Source: Candidatus Hydrogenedentota bacterium (GTDB lineage: Bacteria > Hydrogenedentota > Hydrogenedentia > Hydrogenedentales > SLHB01). Taken from it: a stretch of DNA of 33,432 nucleotides. This document shows positions 1 through 8,252 of the stretch, one piece after another. The stretch lies in contig BTWA01000029.1 of assembly GCA_045863295.1 (NCBI GenBank), forward strand, positions 48,835 through 82,266. Direction: 5' to 3'. Each line of letters opens with the position of its first letter. The first letter of the stretch is position 1. The notes beneath the pieces are model-generated. The model did no database searches. It saw nothing but the letters and a program-made list of their open reading frames with translations, and had not been told where the DNA came from. Position numbers and translations under genes: made by a program.

Positions 1-97
1 TGGGACTCCAGCCAGCCGCGCATCGTCGCGAGGGGCTCCAGCCAGCCGCGCATCGTCGCGAGGGACTCCAGCCAGCCGCGCATCGACGCGAGGGGCT
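1..97 (+). repeat. 30-bp in-frame tandem repeat, 3.2 copies visible (likely continues upstream)
   Basis: WGGGRCTCCAGCCAGCCGCGCATCGWCGCG at 1-30, 31-60 and 61-90, plus a partial copy at 91-97. Confidence 0.95.
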
Positions 98-585
98 ATG
101 TACAACTGTCGATCAAAGGCGCAGTCACTGGCAAGGCTGAATCGACCTGCGCGGTATTGATCGAGGGCAAGGGCGCGAAAATTACGGGCGGCAAAAAAAC
201 GCGCGTGAAAATCACAACACCTAGTGAGTGGTGTCTGTATTACGGCGTCAAGGTCAAAAACGGCATGGCGCTGCTATACAAGGCGCTCGACGACAATTTT
301 ATGTCGCCACACGGCATGAGTTACGCGCCAGGGACAACACCCGTTGCTCCCGATTGGGACGGTGGGAAACGTGAATGTGGCCTGGGCCTCCATTTCTCTC
401 CACGCCCTGCAATGGCCCGCGAGTTTAACGACGCCGCAACCAAGTATTGCGGCTGCTGGGTAAAGCTCACAGACATGGCAATCCATCCGAATGGCGACAG
501 CCCGCAAAAGTGCAAGGCGCGTGCAGTCGCGAAGTCTTGTTTCGAGGTTGACGAAGACGGCGAACCCATGGAGAACAAGTCATGA
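1..585 (+). CDS. 5'-truncated phage protein with 10-aa repeats (xxSSQPRIxA) and a C-terminal 'YKA...CGxGLHF' domain
   Basis: Frame 1 is open from base 1 (WDSSQPRIVARGSSQPRIVARDSSQPRIDARGYVQL...) into the 157..585 ORF. The stop overlaps the next ATG (ATGA 582-585). Confidence 0.8.
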   Translation, partial: WDSSQPRIVARGSSQPRIVARDSSQPRIDARGYVQLSIKGAVTGKAESTCAVLIEGKGAKITGGKKTRVKITTPSEWCLYYGVKVKNGMALLYKALDDNFMSPHGMSYAPGTTPVAPDWDGGKRECGLGLHFSPRPAMAREFNDAATKYCGCWVKLTDMAIHPNGDSPQKCKARAVAKSCFEVDEDGEPMENKS

Positions 586-1529
586 CCAGCGGATGTCTGC
601 AAGTAGCCCAGAACGGAATGCGCGATTGCCAGAGCTTGACCCAGGAAGACTGGCAAGCCCTGCACCGCGAGCGCAACATCATCACTGCAAGCGAAGTCGG
701 GACCATCCTCGGGGTCAACCCGTACAAGTCCCCCTACACACTGTGGGCGGAAAAAACCGGGCGCGTCGAACGGTCCGAGGGCTCGCTGCATACACGCATC
801 GGCAAGGCTCTCGAACACCTGATCGCCGATGAGTATCAGGCTCAGACCATGCGGCCGATCTACGACCCAGGCGATTACGCGGTGTGGCAACACCCCGATC
901 TGGAATGGCTTTTCTGTACCCCGGATCGGTTCGCAATCCAAGCTGACACGCCGGACAGCTACGTCGCCAGAGTGGTCGAATTGAAGTGGGGCGGCGACTA
1001 CACGCGCAAGGCGTGGGACACGGACAACGAAGCGGCGCCACTCGCCTATCAGGTCCAGAACCAAATCCAAATGGCGTGCGTCGGTCTCGACCTGGGCAGC
1101 GTTGCCGGCATCATTGGCGGCACGTTCATCAACACCGACACCCGGTTAAACGCGGCGTTTCTCAAAGCGGCCTTGCGACGGATTGACGAATTCCGCCAGA
1201 TGGTGTTGCGAGACGAAGCCCCGCCAGTCGATGACTCTGAAAACACCTACCGGACCCTGAAAGCCCTACACCCCAAGGATAACGGCAACACGGTCATCCT
1301 CAACACGGAAGATTCGTCTGCGGTTCATCGCTTGAAGTTGGTGAAAGATCATATTTCTTCGCTGGAAAAAGAAGAGCTGGGGTTGAAAAACCTTGTTCTG
1401 GCTGGCATCGGCGACAACACGTTTGCTCAAACCTGCGACGGCGCGTTGAAGCTCAGCTACAAATGGTTCGAGCGAAAGGGGTACGAGGTGAAGCCCACCG
1501 AAGGGCGCACCCTGCGGTTTTGCAAGTAA
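582..1529 (+). CDS. YqaJ-like viral recombinase / lambda-exonuclease family
   Basis: W...R...ITASEVGTILGVNPYKSPYTLWAEKTG, G...E, TPD...VELK and Y..Q.Q.QM motifs. Directly upstream of an annealase. Confidence 0.9.
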   Translation: MTSGCLQVAQNGMRDCQSLTQEDWQALHRERNIITASEVGTILGVNPYKSPYTLWAEKTGRVERSEGSLHTRIGKALEHLIADEYQAQTMRPIYDPGDYAVWQHPDLEWLFCTPDRFAIQADTPDSYVARVVELKWGGDYTRKAWDTDNEAAPLAYQVQNQIQMACVGLDLGSVAGIIGGTFINTDTRLNAAFLKAALRRIDEFRQMVLRDEAPPVDDSENTYRTLKALHPKDNGNTVILNTEDSSAVHRLKLVKDHISSLEKEELGLKNLVLAGIGDNTFAQTCDGALKLSYKWFERKGYEVKPTEGRTLRFCK

Positions 1530-1542
1530 ACCCAATGGCGAG

Positions 1543-1585
1543 CCCTGGTGTGGCCCCGTGCCAGGGAGTCGAGAGTGAACGGGGC
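1543..1585 (+). ncRNA. Pseudoknot-type RNA motif, copy 1
   Basis: P1 CCCTGGT(1543-49)/GCCAGGG(1560-66); loop GTGGCCCCGT; GCCCCGT pairs with ACGGGGC(1579-85). Confidence 0.65.
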
Positions 1586-1625
1586 TGTCTGAAGCAATCA
1601 ACCGAAAGGAAAAGGAGTCAATAGT

Positions 1626-2489
1626 ATGAGTGCTGCAATGCAAGAGACCCAAGCGCCGGCGAATCTGCCGGTAACGACGAATGGCGCGAAGGAACGCAAT
1701 CTCCCCAAGGTCATCGGAGAAAACGGCCTCGTATTCGCCGACATGGAGCAAATGTGGATTTTCGCCACGCGCGTTAAGGCGTCGAACCTGTGCCCGAAAG
1801 ACTGCAAGACAGTTGAGGACGTTTTTGTCAGGCTTCAAATGGGCTTTGAAATCGGCCTTCGCGCGATGCAGTCCCTGAACAACATCGCGACGATCAACGG
1901 GCGGCCTACGTTGTGGGGCGACCTGTCGCTCGCGCTGTGCAAGGCCCGTAAAGAGGCGTTCGAGTACGCGACTGTCGATTACGAGAACGACCCTGGCGAC
2001 GTGTCGAACCTGAAGGATTACACGGACAATTTCGCGGTTGTCGTGCGCGTGAAGCGCAAGGGCGAAGCGGAGCACGTCGAACGCTTCAGCGTGGCCGACG
2101 CCAAGCTCGCGGGTATCTGGGGCGCGAATGTTTGGGCGAAGTATCCGCGCCGCATGATCCGGCATCGCGCCATGACCTACGCGCTTCGCAGTGTCTTCCC
2201 GGACATTCTGGGCGGCATCTATTCCGAGGATGAAGCCCGCGAAATGGTTGAAGTTCAAAATCTTGCAGATCAGACGCCGCCGAAAAACCTCACCGATCTG
2301 ACCAAGACGCTTGGATACGCGCAAGCGCAACAGGCCAAGGAGCCTGTTGAGGCGGAACCCGTTGTAGACCCGGACACCGGCGAGATTCTGAATTCCGATG
2401 ATTCCGTCTATGTGGACCGCACCGCGGAATTCGAGACCGCGCCGGATGAAACGCCCCAAGCATCACCGGAACAAACCGGCATCTGGTGA
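1626..2489 (+). CDS. RecT/Red-beta-like single-strand annealing protein
   Basis: QSLNNIATINGRPTLWGD and W.KYPRRM...RA...ALR..FPD.LGG.Y..DE motifs, acidic C-terminal tail, SD AAGGAG, paired with the YqaJ exonuclease. Confidence 0.85.
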   Translation: MSAAMQETQAPANLPVTTNGAKERNLPKVIGENGLVFADMEQMWIFATRVKASNLCPKDCKTVEDVFVRLQMGFEIGLRAMQSLNNIATINGRPTLWGDLSLALCKARKEAFEYATVDYENDPGDVSNLKDYTDNFAVVVRVKRKGEAEHVERFSVADAKLAGIWGANVWAKYPRRMIRHRAMTYALRSVFPDILGGIYSEDEAREMVEVQNLADQTPPKNLTDLTKTLGYAQAQQAKEPVEAEPVVDPDTGEILNSDDSVYVDRTAEFETAPDETPQASPEQTGIW

Positions 2490-2501
2490 TGATCGACGAA
2501 C

Positions 2502-2547
2502 GGGTGCATGGCCGAATCCCTCGCGCCGCAGCCCAGGCCATGCACCC
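2502..2547 (+). other. Intergenic perfect 12-bp hairpin with 22-nt loop, no U-tract
   Basis: GGGTGCATGGCC(2502-13)/GGCCATGCACCC(2536-47). Confidence 0.7.
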
Positions 2548-2579
2548 ACCCCAAAAAACCTAACGGAAAGAGAGGCAAC

Positions 2580-3206
2580 ATGAAAGTGAAAGAAGAATGG
2601 TGGCAAAAAGGGTCCGCCATCGTATCGAACTTGCCGACAGGCCACGACGACAAAGGCAATCTGGAGTATTTTGGCGGGCATTGCGTTTGCGAATCCGTTC
2701 CGGCGCGTGTCGCGCCGTTGCTGGTCAATGCGCGGCGGTTGTGGTTTGCGTTGGCAGAAATCGTGCTCAGCGAGCCACATGGGCGATTTGCTGAAGCCTA
2801 TCAGGTGCTTTGCGATGCAGACCCGAATCTGTCGCTGCGTAAGGAATTCGGATCGGCAATCGATCCCGTTCAACAAGACGCCGAGCAACAGACCGCCGTA
2901 TCCGATCCCGTCGAACCCATTTGCTCTATTCGTGAATCCGAAATCGACATCGGCGACTACGTCTATGTATTCAAAGAGTCGGGAGGCCCTGTGTGTTGCA
3001 AGTCGGTCGAATGGGTCCGATACAAAGTACTCAAGAAGCGTGTCGAGTACGTTGATGGGAGTGCCGGAAAGTACGAGTTTCTTCTTGATAACAATTACGG
3101 CAATCATTGGCGCGGCCTTGAAGGCGTTTACACGCCTGCCATGGCCAAGCGTCTTGTTGCCCAGTGGGCGGACGAATTCTTCACGTCCGAAGCGGAGGGC
3201 AAATAG
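2580..3206 (+). CDS. Hypothetical protein
   Basis: ATG at 2580 follows GAGAGG. The longer 2508 start lies inside the hairpin. Confidence 0.65.
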   Translation: MKVKEEWWQKGSAIVSNLPTGHDDKGNLEYFGGHCVCESVPARVAPLLVNARRLWFALAEIVLSEPHGRFAEAYQVLCDADPNLSLRKEFGSAIDPVQQDAEQQTAVSDPVEPICSIRESEIDIGDYVYVFKESGGPVCCKSVEWVRYKVLKKRVEYVDGSAGKYEFLLDNNYGNHWRGLEGVYTPAMAKRLVAQWADEFFTSEAEGK

Positions 3207-3208
3207 CC

Positions 3209-5158
3209 ATGTTCCTTCGCAAAGTCCGCATCCAAAATTTCTGCGGAGTGGAGCACCTTGAAGTTTCGTTCCGCTCGCAATCCTCCATCGTGATGGGGTT
3301 CAACCGTCAGGGCAAAACAACCCTGATGAACGCCATTCGCTATGCCTTTTTCGGGGAGTGCTACGACGAGGAAGGCGTCAAGCAAAAGCAAGACGATCTG
3401 ATCGGGCGATGGGACAAAACCGCGCTTATCTACATTGAGTTTGAACGATCCGGGGAACCATACCGCTACACGGTGAGCCTGGGCAATGGTGGTGCTCAAT
3501 GTGATTTACATGGCCGAAACAACTCGCACAAGTCTTTCACCCCTACAAACGCCAGCCGGTTCTTCTCGGACCTGTTTGAATTCGACATGGCCCATGCCCG
3601 GATCGCCGCGTTCTCGAATGAAATCGTGAAAGGCGACATTACGGAATTCGTTTCCCGGTTTGTGAGCATTGTCACACCGGAGGAAGTCAAGCAGTTTGCG
3701 GGGCCGAACTGGGCCAAATTGAACGACTGGTGCAAAGAGAATGCCGTAACTATTACCGATGTCGCGCACATCGGGGCGAAGGCCCGTGAGTTTCGTACCG
3801 TGTCGAATCGTGAGGCCGGCAAAGCCAAGGCGCGACTGGAAGAAATCGGCACCTGCATTGCGCCTACGTCGAAGGACGGCACGCGCATTTTGACGGCGGA
3901 TGATCGCCCGGCCATTGAGACGGCGGTCAAGAATCTGGAAGCGCAACTGGAAGAATTGAACCGGGAGTTTGGCGCAGCCACGGCCGTCAAGATCGATACG
4001 AAGAAGGTCACTGCTGCAAAGGCCGCGCTGGCCGGGGCCGAATCCGAGCGCGATTCGGTGAAGAAAGTCCTTGACGAATACGACGAGGGCATTACCTCTG
4101 TCGAGTCCGAAATCAAGGTCATGACCAGTAACCAAAGCCGCGCACATGGTGAAATGTCCGGCTGGCAAGCCAAGCGCGACGTGATCGAATCGGAAATCGA
4201 CCGCATGAAGGGGCTTTCCCATTGCCCCACATGTACAGCCGAATGGACGCTTGATCGGCTTGAGGCCGCAACCAAAACCCTGCGAATCGAGGCCGACAAG
4301 GCCGCGCAGGAAATCGCGGGCTACCAGTCTACCTTGGCGGACATCGGCAAGGAGCTCGCCAAGAAACACAAGCGCCTAGACCAACTTCGCACGCTCCGGG
4401 CCGACCACGAGCCAAAGTACAAAGCGCTTGTGGACAAGGTCTCCGAATTGAAGGCCCAGGCGCGTTTGATGGGTATTCCGGTAGGTGGCGCCGATCCCGT
4501 CCTGGCGCAAGCCGTCACGCGCAAGCCGGATGAAATCGAAGCGCTGATCGAGCAGACCAAGGCCACGGTCCAAGAGGGCCGGGACAAACTCGCGGCGCTG
4601 TCGGCCTACCTCGACTACCAGCGGGTCATTACGGAAGTGGACCGTCACACGGCGGACTCTAAGTTTCTGGATTGGCTGGTGAAGTCCTTCGATAACGGTG
4701 AATTTCAGTCCAAGCAATCCGGCAGCGGCCTCGATGATGTCGTGAAACGATGCAACTCGATCCTGTCTGTCTTTGACCTTGAACTGAAAGTGGCATCCTC
4801 GAACAAGAAAAGCGTTATCCACTTCCTGGACCGTCTTCAGGACAATCCGCCGTGGTTGCCCATCACGAAGGCGAGCCGGTCCGCTCGCATGAAGATTCAA
4901 TTCGCATTGTCGCTCGGCTTTGACGCGGGCTGGCTGCGCTTGATGGATGACTCGGAATCCATCGAGGCGAAGTACAAGCAATCCCTCCTGGACCTCATGA
5001 AATCGCTCTGTGGCAAACAGGGCAGCACCATCGTTTCCGGTGTGGTCACAAACGGACTCGTGCCCGATTTGGAAAAACTCAATAAGGCATTTAATCCGGT
5101 AGGGGTCTACTGGGTTCAGGCAGTGAATTCGGAGTCGGCACAGGCGGCGGTCGCCTGA
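3209..5158 (+). CDS. Rad50/SbcC-like SMC-type AAA ATPase with coiled coil and zinc hook
   Basis: MFLRKVRIQNF start, Walker A GFNRQGKTT, central CPTC hook within the coiled coil, Walker B LRLMDDSE, SD GGAGG. Confidence 0.85.
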   Translation: MFLRKVRIQNFCGVEHLEVSFRSQSSIVMGFNRQGKTTLMNAIRYAFFGECYDEEGVKQKQDDLIGRWDKTALIYIEFERSGEPYRYTVSLGNGGAQCDLHGRNNSHKSFTPTNASRFFSDLFEFDMAHARIAAFSNEIVKGDITEFVSRFVSIVTPEEVKQFAGPNWAKLNDWCKENAVTITDVAHIGAKAREFRTVSNREAGKAKARLEEIGTCIAPTSKDGTRILTADDRPAIETAVKNLEAQLEELNREFGAATAVKIDTKKVTAAKAALAGAESERDSVKKVLDEYDEGITSVESEIKVMTSNQSRAHGEMSGWQAKRDVIESEIDRMKGLSHCPTCTAEWTLDRLEAATKTLRIEADKAAQEIAGYQSTLADIGKELAKKHKRLDQLRTLRADHEPKYKALVDKVSELKAQARLMGIPVGGADPVLAQAVTRKPDEIEALIEQTKATVQEGRDKLAALSAYLDYQRVITEVDRHTADSKFLDWLVKSFDNGEFQSKQSGSGLDDVVKRCNSILSVFDLELKVASSNKKSVIHFLDRLQDNPPWLPITKASRSARMKIQFALSLGFDAGWLRLMDDSESIEAKYKQSLLDLMKSLCGKQGSTIVSGVVTNGLVPDLEKLNKAFNPVGVYWVQAVNSESAQAAVA

Positions 5159-5197
5159 GCAAAACATTAGCGGTTATCACCAACGGAGAGTGGTCAA

Positions 5198-6058
5198 ATG
5201 GATGAATTGACGGTCCCGTCCTTCCTGAAGGACGCAATCGAGCACCTGATCGAAGACACGCGCAAGCACGCGGTAGTCAACAAGAATGTTGAGGTCATCG
5301 ATCTGCACAAGGTGGCAAGTGGAGTTGAGCGGATTATCCGGGTTCCCGGTGAACCGTCGAAACGCGAGTTCTTCGCGAACGATTGCCGAGGGCGGAATCA
5401 CACGTTCACGACATTGGAAGGGTTTTGCGACTTCTTGAACGGTCCGCACTGCGTCGATAACCATGACGGCGAAGGTGTTGGCGTGGTCTTTGTCCAGCGC
5501 GAAGACGCCAAGCTCGCCCATGCCGATCTGGATTACCTGGGCAACGGCAAGCCGGAAAGCGCCGTCCTGTCGCTGCAACGCTCCACCGAATACAAGGCGC
5601 TGGAAAAACTCGCCACGGGCATTGGGCAAGCCTCCCTGTGGCGGTTGCTGTTCACCGACCTTGAAGGTTGCATCGAGCCGGACAATCTCATCACCTACAT
5701 TCTGGACATGGATGTGAAGCTGGAAGACGGCAAGCAAGTCAAAATCTCGCCGCTCGGGCCATCCGCTGTTCGCAGTTCATCCGCTGTCTCCATCAAGTAT
5801 CCGAATTCCGAGGGCGGCATGGAAACCCGTGAAATGCCCGTCGAATGGAAATGGTCTGGCCGCATCTGGGAGGGGTTCGATTACTCGTGCGAAGTCGATC
5901 TGCGCATGGAGTTATCGGCATCCCGCGAAGGCGACGTGATCTTCAAGTTCCACCCGAAACGGCTTGCCGAGCATAACAACAACGCTCGTCTGGCGTTGGT
6001 CGCGGCCCTGCGCCAGCGCGTTACCGGCCCGTTCAACGTATACGAAGGGCTGTACTAG
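5198..6058 (+). CDS. Phage hypothetical protein, possibly DUF2303/YfdQ-like
   Basis: SD GGAG. Size, 'HTFTTLEGFCDFL' and C-terminal 'VYEG' resemble that family. Adjacent to a small partner gene. Confidence 0.55.
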   Translation: MDELTVPSFLKDAIEHLIEDTRKHAVVNKNVEVIDLHKVASGVERIIRVPGEPSKREFFANDCRGRNHTFTTLEGFCDFLNGPHCVDNHDGEGVGVVFVQREDAKLAHADLDYLGNGKPESAVLSLQRSTEYKALEKLATGIGQASLWRLLFTDLEGCIEPDNLITYILDMDVKLEDGKQVKISPLGPSAVRSSSAVSIKYPNSEGGMETREMPVEWKWSGRIWEGFDYSCEVDLRMELSASREGDVIFKFHPKRLAEHNNNARLALVAALRQRVTGPFNVYEGLY

Positions 6059-6079
6059 GCATTCTTCCGAACAGGACGA

Positions 6080-6117
6080 ATGGGCCGTGGCCCCGAGGCA
6101 CGTAAAAGTATCGGGGC
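6080..6117 (+). ncRNA. Pseudoknot-type RNA motif, copy 2
   Basis: P1 ATGGGCC(6080-86)/GGCACGT(6097-6103, one mismatch); loop GTGGCCCCGA; GCCCCGA pairs with TCGGGGC(6111-17). Confidence 0.6.
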
Positions 6118-6150
6118 GAACGGAAAAACCAATAACGGAGACCAGAAGCA

Positions 6151-6591
6151 ATGAATACAGGCTTAACGATGGAGTGCATTGAGGGTCTTCAAGAAGCCAT
6201 CGATGCAAACCTTGAGCGAGTCGCGCAGGACGCGGTTGGCCAGCGTTCTTGGCTGGAAAAGCCTCGCGTTGTAGAGGTCAAGATTCTCGTTTTGCCAAGC
6301 GAGCGAATCATCCAGGGCGAAATCGTGAAACAAGTTGGCGTCACGTTTTCGGTGGGATCGAAAATCCCAGGCGACAGCAGCGGCGGACAAATCGGCCTCG
6401 TTATGCCGGGGGGCCAGATCGTCTTGCGGCCCTCGCGCATCAAGGGCGATCCGAATCAGTTGGATGTCGAGGAATACGAGCAAGCCGTACAGGCCGTGGC
6501 GGACGTTCAGACCGAATCCATTGCGGAGCCCGACGAGGGTTCGCCGGGGAACGTTTCGCGATTCGGAAAAGCGAAAACCGGCCAGGCGTAG
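6151..6591 (+). CDS. Phage hypothetical protein (small partner of 5198..6058)
   Basis: SD GGAG. The 'KPRVVEVKILVLP...VGSKIP...PNQLD' pattern is typical of a widespread small prophage protein. Confidence 0.7.
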   Translation: MNTGLTMECIEGLQEAIDANLERVAQDAVGQRSWLEKPRVVEVKILVLPSERIIQGEIVKQVGVTFSVGSKIPGDSSGGQIGLVMPGGQIVLRPSRIKGDPNQLDVEEYEQAVQAVADVQTESIAEPDEGSPGNVSRFGKAKTGQA

Positions 6592-6623
6592 CGTGGGCCG
6601 TGGGCACTCCTTAAAGAGCAAGG

Positions 6624-6665
6624 CCACGTTGTGGCCCCGTGGCGTGGGGAAGGAATTGACGGGGC
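6624..6665 (+). ncRNA. Pseudoknot-type RNA motif, copy 3
   Basis: P1 CCACGTT(6624-30)/GGCGTGG(6641-47); loop GTGGCCCCGT; pairs with ACGGGGC(6659-65). Confidence 0.65.
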
Positions 6666-6693
6666 AAATCTAAAAGAAAAGGTGGCTTGAAAA

Positions 6694-7104
6694 ATGCTTC
6701 ATTCAATCACATGCAAGCAATGCAATGGAGTTGGCTCGTTTCCACCCTTCACGAGACAGGTGTGTAGTTTTTGCAGTGGCAAGCGCGGCTTCGACGTGTT
6801 GTCGCTACGGCGAAAAGAATTAGAGCTATTTGTTCATTGCAGGCGAGTGATCGAAATCGCTGTGTGTTCTGAGGATGGGCTTGATGAGTACGACAGAGAC
6901 ATTACCCTGAATTGGATCGCGTATCTCGAATTGTCATGCCCTTTTGCCATGTCAACTCTATGGTTTGACGTTAAGAAAGCGATCGAGTTGGCGATTCCAG
7001 AAAATGACAATGAGCCGGAAGGTGAAGAATACCTAAAACTTGCCAAGTCAATAGACGCCTATCTGGTCGACTGCGCATGTGCGGGATGGAAAGGACCGTT
7101 TTAA
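6694..7104 (+). CDS. Hypothetical protein with N-terminal CxxCxGxG zinc finger
   Basis: CKQCNGVG...CSFCSGKR. The TAATG overlap couples it to the next gene. Confidence 0.7.
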   Translation: MLHSITCKQCNGVGSFPPFTRQVCSFCSGKRGFDVLSLRRKELELFVHCRRVIEIAVCSEDGLDEYDRDITLNWIAYLELSCPFAMSTLWFDVKKAIELAIPENDNEPEGEEYLKLAKSIDAYLVDCACAGWKGPF

Positions 7105-7643
7105 TGGCCGGCGCGAACGACTACGGAACCCCGCTGGACATCTTCCAGGCGTGCGAGCGCCGATGGGGCAAGTTCTCCCTGGACGTCTGTGCGCACCGAC
7201 TCAACGCCAAATGCAAAGCGTGGTACGGCGAACCCGGCCACCCGCTTGCAGAAGGTTGCACGGCCCTGGACGGGCTTGCGCAGCCTTGGTATTCGCGCAA
7301 CTGGCTCAACCCGCCGTATTCAGCGAAAGGCCCGAACGGCAAAATGATCGGGGTTGCAGAGGGCTGGATCAGGAAGGCAATTCAAGAAGCGAAGAATTGG
7401 CATACGACGGTCGCTCTGGTCAAAAACGATCCGTCCACCGAATGGTTCAAGCTCGGATCAGATTGCGCCGCTGAAGTGTGGTTCCCGCGCGGATCGCGAA
7501 TCCGATTTTTCGAAACGATTCAACTGGACGACGGAAGTTGGGATCAGCAGCCGTCAAAAACCCCGCCATTTACGACCTGCATCATGGTGTTTCGCCGACT
7601 GCATCCAGGCGAACGTCAGCATGTGGGTTGGTGGGATGTTTGA
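7104..7643 (+). CDS. Phage DNA N6-adenine methyltransferase (phage Dam family)
   Basis: DYGTP..IF, F.LDVCA...NAKC, DGL.Q.W, WLNPPYS catalytic motif, ST.WF and RI.F. Confidence 0.9.
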   Translation: MAGANDYGTPLDIFQACERRWGKFSLDVCAHRLNAKCKAWYGEPGHPLAEGCTALDGLAQPWYSRNWLNPPYSAKGPNGKMIGVAEGWIRKAIQEAKNWHTTVALVKNDPSTEWFKLGSDCAAEVWFPRGSRIRFFETIQLDDGSWDQQPSKTPPFTTCIMVFRRLHPGERQHVGWWDV

Positions 7644-7655
7644 AAGAGGCAACCC

Positions 7656-8252
7656 ATGATGACACAGCCAACACTTATACCAGACATGGATCGCGGCGCG
7701 ATTCTATCGCCCTGCGGGGTCTACCGCTACGCGCTCTGGCGCATTTGGGATAAGACCCTCCCGAAGGTCACATGGATCATGCTGAACCCGTCCACTGCGG
7801 ACGCAGAGCACGACGATCCGACCATTCGGAAGTGCATCGGGTTCAGCAAGCAATTCGGCTATGGCGGGTTCACGGTGCTGAATCTGTTTAGTCGGCGAGC
7901 AACCGATCCCGATGATCTCGTTAAATGGACCCGTGTCAGCGACGATCCCGAAGATGACGCTATTCCGCCACCGTGCCCATTGGGTTCAGATTGGGCGGTA
8001 TATTTCAATGGTCTCAATTCGGTAAGGGAAGACGTCATTTGCGCGTGGGGCACATGGATCGAGGCGTTTGCCTACCGCTACAAGACTCGTCAATCACCGC
8101 CGTTTTGTAACCGAGATAAGCATGTTCTGGCATTGATCCCTAACTGCAAAAAGTATTGTCTCGGCATAACGAAGGGCGGTTTTCCAAGGCATCCGCTCTA
8201 TGTTGCATACAAGAAGCCGCTCGTGCCGTTCAAACCGGAGATGGTGGCGTGA
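7656..8252 (+). CDS. DUF1643 family protein
   Basis: S.CG.YRY.L.R.W, IMLNPSTAD...DDPTIRKC, NLF..RAT.P, AWG and PRHPLY motifs. Confidence 0.9.
   Translation: MMTQPTLIPDMDRGAILSPCGVYRYALWRIWDKTLPKVTWIMLNPSTADAEHDDPTIRKCIGFSKQFGYGGFTVLNLFSRRATDPDDLVKWTRVSDDPEDDAIPPPCPLGSDWAVYFNGLNSVREDVICAWGTWIEAFAYRYKTRQSPPFCNRDKHVLALIPNCKKYCLGITKGGFPRHPLYVAYKKPLVPFKPEMVA

Noticed and set aside
1..97. CRISPR array
   Set aside because: The units are contiguous with no unique spacers, keep the reading frame, and no cas genes are present.
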